A program made the position numbers and the translations under genes. The notes under the pieces are model-generated. The model was not told where the DNA came from. It saw only the letters and a list, made by a program, of their open reading frames with translations, and ran no database searches. Positions 55,937 through 64,000 of a stretch of DNA of 64,000 nucleotides are shown here, piece after piece (within the stretch, counting starts at the first letter, position 1; each line of letters begins with the position of its first letter). This DNA comes from a virus, in IMG/VR virus record IMGVR_UViG_3300028394_000037. The stretch is one strand, 5' to 3'.

Positions 55937-57649
55937 TCAAGTACCAATACGACTAAATCCCTTAATTTTTTCAAATTTAATTACGCTCTCAAATTTATCA
56001 AACAATTCAGATTTATGTGATATTACAAATATATTAGCATCTTTAATTACAAAACGAATAATTTTTAAAAATTCTTCTGTTCCAAAACCATCAAGAGAAC
56101 TATCAAAAACTTCATCCAATATTAGTAAATTTGTATTTACAGAATTTTTAAATCTTGCAACTTCACGCCAAGTAAAAAGAAGAGCTAAATCAATTCTCAT
56201 TTTTTCACCTTCACTAAATGAAGCATAAGAAAAATCTTCGTGAATCGGTGATTGAACAGTTTCATTAAATTCTTCATCAAGAGTAAAGTTAATATAAAAG
56301 TCCATCATCTGAAGATAACGATTAACTTGTTGATTAATCAGAGGCAAATATTTCTTAATAATTTTAGATTTAACTCCACCATCCTTCAGAAGATTGTATG
56401 AAAAATCGTAATACCCAATCTCATCTTTTTTCTTTGAAAGATTTTCAAAAGTTTCTTGAAGTGATTTTTTATATTCATCTAATTTTTCATGTTCAATATT
56501 TTGATTTTCTATTTTTTCAGTAATAGTTTTAATTTCAAATTTCAAATCTTCAATTTGTTTATCATATCCAGAAATAGAAAGATTGTTTTGAGAAATCTTA
56601 TGATTTAGGGAAGTGATATCCTTTGATAATTTAATAAACTCATTTTCTCTATTCTCTTCATCTTCAATTGCTTTCTCAAGTTCTTGATACCCTTTCTGAA
56701 GTTCTTTAGCATTTGATTGGGCATCATTTATTTTATCTAAACGAAATTCTTCTTGAATTTCCTGCTTGCAAGTAGGACAAACCGTATTTTCAGTAAAAAA
56801 TTTATGTTGTTCTGTAATTGAAGATACTTTTTGTTGAACCTTTCCTTTCAATCCAACAAGTTTTCTAAGTTTATCTGATGAACCAGAAAAATTTTCAAGT
56901 TCTTTATTTAAACTATCAACTTTAATTAATATATTTTTTATATCAATTTTTAAATTTTCCTCTAACTTAGAAAGTTCTTTTATTTTATTTTCTTTTTCTT
57001 TTATATTTTCTTTTCCTCTTTGTTCTAATTCATCAATAAATCCATTTTGCATTTCAACTTTATCTTTGAGAGATTGCCTTTTAAGTTCTAATGTTTTAAT
57101 CTCATCTTTAATCTCACGAATCTTATCTTTGATAACAACATTCATAGAAGAAAAGATTTTAATATCTAACAAATCTTCAATGACTTCTCTGCGATGAGCA
57201 GTAGAAAGTTGCATAAAAGGAACAAAAGTACTACTACCAAGAATTACAATCTGAGTAAAAGATTTATAATTCATTTTAATTACAGTTTGTTCAAACCATT
57301 TTTGTTGATCAATTGTAGCAGATACTTGATCTAAAAGTTTTCCATTATTATAAATTTGAAATGTATTTGGTTTAATTCCACGTACAACTTTCCAATCAAT
57401 ATTGGAAATTGAAAATTCAACTTGAACAACACAGTCTTTTTCATTGACTGTATTAACAAGTTGTGATTTATTAATTTTACGAAATGGTTTTCCAAATAAA
57501 GCAAAAGTAAGAGCATCCAAAACAGTGCTTTTACCTGCTCCATTATTACCAATAATTAAGTTGGTTGTATTTTTAGTAAAATCTATTTCTGTCCATTGAT
57601 TGCCTGTGGATAGAAAATTTTTCCAAGAAATTTTACGGAATAAAATCAT
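55937..57649 (-). CDS. gp46: Recombination endonuclease ATPase subunit gp46 (SbcC/Rad50-like)
   Basis: GNNGAGKST, CPTC hook, FSEGEK, LILDE. Confidence 0.96.
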   Translation of the reverse strand: MILFRKISWKNFLSTGNQWTEIDFTKNTTNLIIGNNGAGKSTVLDALTFALFGKPFRKINKSQLVNTVNEKDCVVQVEFSISNIDWKVVRGIKPNTFQIYNNGKLLDQVSATIDQQKWFEQTVIKMNYKSFTQIVILGSSTFVPFMQLSTAHRREVIEDLLDIKIFSSMNVVIKDKIREIKDEIKTLELKRQSLKDKVEMQNGFIDELEQRGKENIKEKENKIKELSKLEENLKIDIKNILIKVDSLNKELENFSGSSDKLRKLVGLKGKVQQKVSSITEQHKFFTENTVCPTCKQEIQEEFRLDKINDAQSNAKELQKGYQELEKAIEDEENRENEFIKLSKDITSLNHKISQNNLSISGYDKQIEDLKFEIKTITEKIENQNIEHEKLDEYKKSLQETFENLSKKKDEIGYYDFSYNLLKDGGVKSKIIKKYLPLINQQVNRYLQMMDFYINFTLDEEFNETVQSPIHEDFSYASFSEGEKMRIDLALLFTWREVARFKNSVNTNLLILDEVFDSSLDGFGTEEFLKIIRFVIKDANIFVISHKSELFDKFESVIKFEKIKGFSRIGT

Positions 57650-57905
57650 AATCTTTAGGTGGTATTACAATATCATCGGGTGTAATAATCGTATAACGAT
57701 AATCATGAGTCTCACAAGTTTTTATCATTACTTCATCTTCTATTTCAATTACATGCATTTCAGGATATCCATCCTCTTCCATTAAAAGAGCATATCTAAC
57801 TGCATCATCTTCTTCTTGAAAGAGATATAAAATTTTATCTCCTTCATCATCAAGTACAGAATATGCCCCTTCAGTTTCCCTTCCATTAATTGTAAGTATA
57901 AACAT
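57633..57905 (-). CDS. Conserved hypothetical protein
   Basis: EGAYSV, FQEEDDAVRY, DDIVIPP; between gp47 and gp46. Confidence 0.75.
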   Translation of the reverse strand: MFILTINGRETEGAYSVLDDEGDKILYLFQEEDDAVRYALLMEEDGYPEMHVIEIEDEVMIKTCETHDYRYTIITPDDIVIPPKDYDFIP

Positions 57906-58939
57906 TACATCATCTCACAAGCTTCTTGATATATTGATTGAATCATAGTTTTAACCAAAGATTTGTCAAGTTCTATTTCTGCTTCTTCAACATATCTATT
58001 CAAAATTGAAAGTGTATCTTCAGATTCTGTTATTTCAAATTCTACATTTTCTTCAACCTGAAAATTTTCAACTATTTTAAGTTCTGATATATTTGAACTA
58101 TAAAGTTTATCAATAAATTTTTCAAATCTTTCAGTATTTGTTTTTTTACGAACAATTACTTTAACAATTTTTCCTTCATATTCTGCTGTATCAAATGTCT
58201 TATAATCTAAATCCTCATAATAAATTACATAATACATTCTATATGGATTATTGACTGGAATATGTTCTAAGGTTTCAGTATCAAAAATATGAAATCCACG
58301 AGTATCATTTAAATCATTCCAAAACATTTCATATGGATTTCCCAAATAATATACTGTTCCATTATCTGAACGGGTATGATAATGCCCAGAGAATACTTTT
58401 TTGAATCCACTAAAAACTATAGAGTCCATACCATCATCCATAATATGTCCCCTATATGCTTCAAATCCATTCAACTCCAAATGACCCATCGCAATTTTAC
58501 AACTATTATTTTTAATCAGACGTAAAGTTTTTTCTTCATTATCAGCGCATATCCAAGGAATAAAAAGAATATTTAGATTTCCAATCTTAACAACTTCCGG
58601 ATCACTATAAGTCTTAATATTTGAATAATTTTGAAGTAAAAGATTTGGTGAATTCACATTATTAGTATTTTTATAATATGCATCGTGATTACCAATAATC
58701 ATATGAACATCACAAGACGAGAGAGGATCTAATACAACCCGTTTTGTCCATTCTAGACTTTGATAATCTATTGATTTGCGACTATCAAAAGCATCCCCAA
58801 GATGCAATACGGTAGTAATCCCTTCTTTTTCTAATGTTGGGAAAAAAATATCATTATAAAACATTTCAAAATAATCATGAAAAAGTTTAGAACCTTTTCT
58901 TGCTCCCCAATGACTGTCTGTTAAAATAGCCACTTTCAT
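57905..58939 (-). CDS. gp47: Recombination endonuclease nuclease subunit gp47 (SbcD/Mre11-like)
   Basis: D.HWG, LGD.FD, GNHD, SGHYH. Confidence 0.96.
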   Translation of the reverse strand: MKVAILTDSHWGARKGSKLFHDYFEMFYNDIFFPTLEKEGITTVLHLGDAFDSRKSIDYQSLEWTKRVVLDPLSSCDVHMIIGNHDAYYKNTNNVNSPNLLLQNYSNIKTYSDPEVVKIGNLNILFIPWICADNEEKTLRLIKNNSCKIAMGHLELNGFEAYRGHIMDDGMDSIVFSGFKKVFSGHYHTRSDNGTVYYLGNPYEMFWNDLNDTRGFHIFDTETLEHIPVNNPYRMYYVIYYEDLDYKTFDTAEYEGKIVKVIVRKKTNTERFEKFIDKLYSSNISELKIVENFQVEENVEFEITESEDTLSILNRYVEEAEIELDKSLVKTMIQSIYQEACEMM

Positions 58940-58981
58940 AATTTTACGTTTCCTTTATGGATTTTTAGAAAATGTATTTGA

Positions 58982-59476
58982 TCAATATCTAAATTTAGAA
59001 TAAACAGCATCTTTAATACTATTATAATCTGAATAATTTTCGCCATCAATAAGATTATTATCTACAAATACATTATCAAATCCAGTCTTTTCAAGAATCT
59101 TATTCTTAATTTCCAATTGTTTTTTTTCTTTTTGAATTCTTCTTAAAAAAGCATAGTAAACAATTTGAGTAAAATAAGCAAATGGATTTGTACGTTCTAC
59201 ATCAAATCTGTCAATATATTGTACACAATTTTCTATACCATCACAAATCATATCATCCTTAAACATATAATTTACAAAATTTGGTTTAAAGGATAAATGT
59301 GTAGCAATCTTTAAAAAACATTCACCAAGATAGTTTGTAATTCTTGGTTTTGGATTGTTGCCAGATTCTGCATTTTCAACTTCTTTTTTGTACTTAATAA
59401 GTGCATCCAAAAAATCTTTATTATTAACATAATGCTCTGACCTCTTTCTTTTGGTCATAACTGTTGTTGTAATCAT
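58982..59476 (-). CDS. gp55: Late sigma factor gp55
   Basis: HYVNNK.F, DMICDGIENC, NPFAYFTQI.YYAFLRRI. Confidence 0.96.
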   Translation of the reverse strand: MITTTVMTKRKRSEHYVNNKDFLDALIKYKKEVENAESGNNPKPRITNYLGECFLKIATHLSFKPNFVNYMFKDDMICDGIENCVQYIDRFDVERTNPFAYFTQIVYYAFLRRIQKEKKQLEIKNKILEKTGFDNVFVDNNLIDGENYSDYNSIKDAVYSKFRY

Positions 59477-59503
59477 TAACTTAATTTACTTTAGTATCTA
59501 GAC

Positions 59504-59554
59504 ATTATAATATTTTTAGTCGTAGTTGACAAGTGTATTGAAAATTGATACAAT
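59504..59554. promoter_or_regulatory. Overlapping divergent sigma70-type promoters
   Basis: Minus: TTGTCA(59532-59527)-17-TATAAT(59509-59504) toward gp55; plus: TTGACA(59526-59531)-17-TACAAT(59549-59554). Confidence 0.75.
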
Positions 59555-59582
59555 AACCTTTGTGAGGGTTGAAAGAAATGTA

Positions 59583-59975
59583 TTAGTTATTTTTATAGAG
59601 CTTCTCTAAGCTCTTCTTGGCATCATCAATATTGGAAATATATCCCATTTTTCTATTTAATTTGGATTCATTTGATTTTAACTTATCACACTGTCTCACA
59701 TAAGACTGATACATCATTATCATTTCAATATCAGAAGATTCTGTCATTGTGATAATATCATTCAAATTAATAATAAACATATCTTCTGTGGTAGTTTTTA
59801 ACCAAGGCTCTACTTTATAACCAAATTGACCTATCTTATTTTTATATTCAGATACAGTAATTGGATGAGTAACTATCAATAAAGTTCTGTCTTCTTCTTC
59901 AGAAGCTGCCACTCTACAGAAAATTTCCTCTCCTGATTTTAATTTTAAAGTTGCATAAAAATCTTCTTCTATCAT
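59583..59975 (-). CDS. Conserved hypothetical protein
   Basis: FYA.LKL.SGEEI, EPW.K, MGY...; between uvsW and gp55. Confidence 0.75.
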   Translation of the reverse strand: MIEEDFYATLKLKSGEEIFCRVAASEEEDRTLLIVTHPITVSEYKNKIGQFGYKVEPWLKTTTEDMFIINLNDIITMTESSDIEMIMMYQSYVRQCDKLKSNESKLNRKMGYISNIDDAKKSLEKLYKNN

Positions 59976-61444
59976 TTTTTTAATTGAATAGTGGTTATTT
60001 CGTAATTAAATTTTTCTTCATTATAAATTTTAATTCGTTCTATCAAATGATTGAGTGTATAATTTTTTCTTGAATTATGAGTACAATCATCTGCAATATC
60101 ATAAAGAACTGCTTTTGTTTTATTTTTACCTTTTCTCAGTACTCTTCCAATTGATTGAAGATTTCTGACTCTTGATTTACTTGGAGAAGCAAAAATAACA
60201 TTATGTAAATTTTTGATATTGATTCCAGTGGAGAAAGTACCGTAAGAAGCAACAATAATAGCGTTAATTTCCTTTTCAGTAATTTCTCTAACTAATTCTC
60301 TTTCTTCAGTATCCACTCCACCGTGAATAAAAAAGACTTTACGATCATTTCGCTTATTACTATTTATCATTTCGTATAATATCTTACCATGCGCTTCTAC
60401 TCTTGAAAAAAGAACAAGTGTATTTCCTTTCAAATCTAAAGTAAGATTTGTAATAAATTTATTTCTTTTTTCGTGAGAAATTAAAAATTGTATTTCATCT
60501 TCATAAGTTTCAAATTTTTGTGGAGAATGTTTAAGAACAATGCATTGAATATCTAACTGTGAAAGATGACCTTGTTCCATCAATTCAGCAGTTTTAGTTA
60601 CTTTGTATGAAGGTCCAAATAATCCTTCAAGAACCCATTTATGAGTTTGAGTTCCATCTAATGTTCCAGTGAATCCAAATCTATATTTTGCATGATGAAG
60701 ATTATTCATAATATTAATTAAAGATTTGCTCTTGAATAAATGAGCTTCATCACCTATAATTACATTATAGTCTTCAAAAAATGAACGCTCTAATTTATAA
60801 ATGGATTGCCAAGTTGTAATTGTAACTGGTGATTCGTTTGTTTTTTCTCTACCTGAATAAATTTTATGACAATATGATTCAGCATTCCAACCATAATCCT
60901 GAAAATCTTTATACATTTGCTCTACAAGACTGGTTGTTGGAACGACTAAAAGAATTTTTTGATTCTTATCAACATAATAACGCACTAAAGAATAAATCAT
61001 CAGACTTTTTCCTGATGCAGTAGGACTTATCAATAACTTCCTATTGTTCTTTAATGCGCCGTATACGCCTTCTATTTGATATTGGCGAGGTTCATGTACA
61101 CAAATAGACTTCATGTAGTCTTTTACACCTTCAAGAGAAATTAACTCATTGATTTCAAAAGGTAATCCATAAAATTTATTATTTTCAAATTTATAAGTAT
61201 ATCCATATTGCTTACAAAAATCTATAACTTTATCTAAAAGACCAACATAGATTTGCTTAGTTCTTGTATCAAATAAATGTATTTCTCCATTCCAATTTCT
61301 ACCTCTATACTGAGGCATAAATTTTGCATTAGGAACTTCAAATTTGAAATGATCTCTAAGTTCATATTCAATATGAGGTTCTGTTTGTATTTTTAAATAA
61401 ACTTCGTTTGACTTGCTAATAACCAGATTTGTAGTATCAACCAT
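59972..61444 (-). CDS. uvsW: SF2 DNA helicase UvsW
   Basis: SPTASGKS, DEAH, TGT, QSIGRVLR. Confidence 0.96.
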   Translation of the reverse strand: MVDTTNLVISKSNEVYLKIQTEPHIEYELRDHFKFEVPNAKFMPQYRGRNWNGEIHLFDTRTKQIYVGLLDKVIDFCKQYGYTYKFENNKFYGLPFEINELISLEGVKDYMKSICVHEPRQYQIEGVYGALKNNRKLLISPTASGKSLMIYSLVRYYVDKNQKILLVVPTTSLVEQMYKDFQDYGWNAESYCHKIYSGREKTNESPVTITTWQSIYKLERSFFEDYNVIIGDEAHLFKSKSLINIMNNLHHAKYRFGFTGTLDGTQTHKWVLEGLFGPSYKVTKTAELMEQGHLSQLDIQCIVLKHSPQKFETYEDEIQFLISHEKRNKFITNLTLDLKGNTLVLFSRVEAHGKILYEMINSNKRNDRKVFFIHGGVDTEERELVREITEKEINAIIVASYGTFSTGINIKNLHNVIFASPSKSRVRNLQSIGRVLRKGKNKTKAVLYDIADDCTHNSRKNYTLNHLIERIKIYNEEKFNYEITTIQLKK

Positions 61445-61874
61445 ATCCTGCCTGGAATCTTATAAATTCAATTGCATTTTTAATTTGATAAGTACGATTT
61501 TGTATTACTTTAAGAATGCTCTCTAAGTAATTTAGCATAGTTTCATAGTAGTCAATTTTTAAAGAAATTTGTGATAATTTTTCATCAGCATCAAGATATT
61601 TTTGTAAAGTATCTTTATCTCTTATTTTTTTAGGAAAAGGATTGTCTATGTAAATTTCTGGATCGGATTTGCCAGAATAATATTCGTATCTTTCGTGACG
61701 AATATTTCTTTTTTGTTGCTCTGCTCTTTTTCTTAATAGAATTATATTATTATAAAGATCAAAATATTTTGCATGTAATGATGGGATTTTTAAAGATTCT
61801 GTATGAAGATTATCTGGATCAATTTTAGAATCTTCTTCCCACATTTTTTGAATCATTTCAATATCAAAACTCAT
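61437..61874 (-). CDS. uvsY: Recombination mediator UvsY
   Basis: W..DSKID...L..ESL.IP.LHAKY, R.YQIKNAIE. Confidence 0.93.
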   Translation of the reverse strand: MSFDIEMIQKMWEEDSKIDPDNLHTESLKIPSLHAKYFDLYNNIILLRKRAEQQKRNIRHERYEYYSGKSDPEIYIDNPFPKKIRDKDTLQKYLDADEKLSQISLKIDYYETMLNYLESILKVIQNRTYQIKNAIEFIRFQAGYG

Positions 61875-62419
61875 AAAGGATTTCCACTTAAATCTGTTAT
61901 ATTGTAAATAGTATACTTGAAACTTATATCTGCCGTAAAGTATTGTATATCAGTATCTGTAGCATCAAAAATAATTGTTGATAGTGAATATGGAAATAAG
62001 TCTTTAAATATAACTTTAAAACGTGGTACTAAATTGCTACTTAAAATTTGCAAAGTACCATCAGAATAAATGTCCATTCCACGTTGAGTGTATCTTGCAT
62101 TTATAAAACCATTATTTTGTAAATTATAAATTTCTTCTAAACTTTCTGGATATCCAAGACCACGAATCCAATTTTGCAATTCCATATAATTTTCAAGATT
62201 TTCATCAACTAAAAATCTCAAATTCAAATCACCAAAAATTATTTTATCTCCTGGTTGGTCAATATCTTTTAAGTATGATGGTTGAACGGCAATACCCAAA
62301 TTAATATCTGGTATATTTGCTTGATTGCAAAAAAATGCTACTTTGGGACTTCTATTTAAAGAAAACTTAAACCCTGTAGGCGATAAAAAATTGCGATTAT
62401 CTATTTGATTTGATGACAT
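61871..62419 (-). CDS. gp3: Tail completion / tail tube terminator gp3
   Basis: NFLSPTGF.F, PGD...FGDL..RFLVDENL.NY, F...FP.SLS; CTAAATA upstream. Confidence 0.88.
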   Translation of the reverse strand: MSSNQIDNRNFLSPTGFKFSLNRSPKVAFFCNQANIPDINLGIAVQPSYLKDIDQPGDKIIFGDLNLRFLVDENLENYMELQNWIRGLGYPESLEEIYNLQNNGFINARYTQRGMDIYSDGTLQILSSNLVPRFKVIFKDLFPYSLSTIIFDATDTDIQYFTADISFKYTIYNITDLSGNPL

Positions 62420-62438
62420 TTTTTTTAAATATTTAGAC

Positions 62439-62468
62439 AAAAAAAGGGACCCCTTTTGAGGGTCCCTT
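62439..62468 (-). terminator. Intrinsic terminator after gp23
   Basis: AAGGGACCC/GGGTCCCTT hairpin + T-run. Confidence 0.85.
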
Positions 62469-62485
62469 GAAAACTGCATGTAAAA

Positions 62486-63916
62486 TTACATGAGATTTTT
62501 TACAGAAACACGTCTGTAGTAACGGTTTGCATTAACTTGCAATCTACCTTGACCTTGAGTGGTTCCTTCTGCAAATGGGTTAGCAACAATACCGTAACGA
62601 GTCTTGAAGCCAATCTTTGGTTGGAAGGAGTTCTCACCAACGGCACGAACCATTTGGAGAGGAACATAAGGACAATAGAAGAGTCCAGCATCATAAGGGG
62701 ATGTACCCTTATAACCGACAACATAGTACTGATTAGTACCTTGTGCAAGACCAATGTTGTTAGCAGCGAGGTTAGCAGAATATGGGTCAATATATACGCG
62801 GAATTTGCCCATCAATGTACCAGCAAAAGTATTGCCAGTGTCATCAACGTTAAGGTTAGCGTTGAGTGCAGGGGTGTAGTCAAGAACACCAGCCATGGTA
62901 AGTGCTGAAGCAACGTCAGCAGAACACATGATGATGTTGCCCTTTCCACGACGAGTTCTTTGTGCGATTGCGTTAGCATCACGCTCAATTTGGAACAAGA
63001 GACCCTTGAACTTCTCAACTGACCAACGACCGTTGGAATCAACGTCAAGGTCAAATACACCAGCAGTAGCGGTGTTTTGAACAGCACCTTGCTCAGCAAC
63101 CTTGTAGATGGTACGAATAACTTCGCGGTTGATTTCAGCAAGAATCTCAGTTGAGAGAATGTTTGCCAATTCCGCTTCAGCATTCAGACCATGAATTGCC
63201 TTAAGGTCTTGTGCGAGTTCTAATGAGTACTCAGCCTTGAGTGCTCTAGACTTTGCAGTAACAGTGACCTTCTCAATTGAGAATGCCATCTGGTTGAACT
63301 GGTCACCACCAGCGCCATCTCCAAGTGCTTCTGCATCACCAGTCTGCATTCCGTTACCAACGTTGTATGCAGTTTGATCGCCAGCACCACCAACAGGGTT
63401 AAGAACTGATGGGTTGGTTCCAGATTGTGAAGTAGTACCAATACCAGCAGCAGTGCTACCAAATCCAACGTTATCAAACGCTGAATTTTGTCCAGAGAAT
63501 GCTGAATCTACTTCATTGTAGAATGCTTCATTACCGGATTGATTGGTGTAACGTGAACGCATTGCGAAGATGAGTCCAGTAGGACCGCTCATTGGTTGAA
63601 CACCTGCGAGGTCATAAGCGACCAAGTTAGGCATTGAACGACGAATGAGTGAGATTAGAACTGGATCAAAACCTGCGGTAGGACCACCAGAAGCAGAACC
63701 ACCACTGAAACCACCAGTACCAGTTGAGTTAGTTGGTGATTCCATGAGCATACTCATGGATCCATTATCAAAAGAAGATTGCTCTCTTAAGAATTTTTCT
63801 TGATTTTCTAGCAGGACTGCGGTTACAGCTCTACGATGGGAATCTTTAATTTGATCAAGACCCTCATAGTTGAGAAGTGGTGCCCACTTTTCCTGCAGAT
63901 GTTCTGATTGAAACAT
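62486..63916 (-). CDS. gp23: Major capsid protein gp23
   Basis: EKWAPLL, GVQPM.GPTGLIFAMR, KSRALKAEYSLELAQDLKAIHG, FQPKIGFKTRYG. Confidence 0.99.
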   Translation of the reverse strand: MFQSEHLQEKWAPLLNYEGLDQIKDSHRRAVTAVLLENQEKFLREQSSFDNGSMSMLMESPTNSTGTGGFSGGSASGGPTAGFDPVLISLIRRSMPNLVAYDLAGVQPMSGPTGLIFAMRSRYTNQSGNEAFYNEVDSAFSGQNSAFDNVGFGSTAAGIGTTSQSGTNPSVLNPVGGAGDQTAYNVGNGMQTGDAEALGDGAGGDQFNQMAFSIEKVTVTAKSRALKAEYSLELAQDLKAIHGLNAEAELANILSTEILAEINREVIRTIYKVAEQGAVQNTATAGVFDLDVDSNGRWSVEKFKGLLFQIERDANAIAQRTRRGKGNIIMCSADVASALTMAGVLDYTPALNANLNVDDTGNTFAGTLMGKFRVYIDPYSANLAANNIGLAQGTNQYYVVGYKGTSPYDAGLFYCPYVPLQMVRAVGENSFQPKIGFKTRYGIVANPFAEGTTQGQGRLQVNANRYYRRVSVKNLM

Positions 63917-63972
63917 TTGCTTTTACCTTTAGTAAGTGTGTTTTTTTGCGTTTGATTTAATATTAAAATCAG

Positions 63973-64000
63973 TTATTTGCTGAATGCTGAAAGAGTTTTC
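63973..64000 (-). CDS. gp22: 3' end of prohead core scaffold gp22
   Basis: ...KTLSAFSK* immediately upstream of gp23; assignment by synteny only. Confidence 0.55.

Noticed and set aside
2232-63477. Many short + strand and alternative-frame ORFs in the track
   Set aside because: They are shadows of well-supported minus-strand genes with no motifs; only 9463-9651 is retained on the + strand.
1-64000. Alternative genetic code or stop-codon recoding
   Set aside because: Core genes translate full length with the standard code and no suppressor tRNA is seen.

Overview
A 64 kb, AT-rich segment of a T4-like cyanomyovirus (Kyanoviridae-like; carries psbA and hli, so the host is a cyanobacterium, probably Synechococcus/Cyanobium-like). 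Almost everything is encoded on the minus strand. Read in transcription direction (high to low coordinates): end of gp22, gp23 major capsid, gp3, uvsY, uvsW, gp55, gp47/46, gp45, DenV-like glycosylase, gp44, adenine methylase, gp62, regA, hsp20, gp43, uvsX, gp41, mazG. Next is a block of genes with individual late promoters that look like head-packaged internal proteins built from shared modules, then primase, nrdA/nrdB, rlpA, tRNA-Gly, dps and an ncRNA-rich spacer (wcaG-type RNA plus an unexplained tandem element). A ~15.6 kb nucleotide-sugar/glycosyltransferase island follows, then an SLH-domain outer-membrane protein, hli, a C39 peptidase + GH19 lysis pair, psbA (structured PhotoRC-II-like leader, no intron, HNH gene instead of psbD), glutaredoxin, speD, a PlcP/LpxH-like phosphoesterase, thyX, phoH, an exonuclease, gp33 and gp59. 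Best leads: (1) the modular late-promoter cassette with a T4 capsid-targeting-like leader, a 102-bp repeat and a RyR-like cargo; (2) ADP-heptose and branched-chain dideoxysugar pathways in the glycan island; (3) a small gene bracketed by structured RNAs; (4) RpaB/HLR1-like boxes on the psbA and hli promoters; (5) back-to-back promoters at gp55 with an antisense promoter that has no ORF. All annotations come from motif recognition by eye; no database searches were run.
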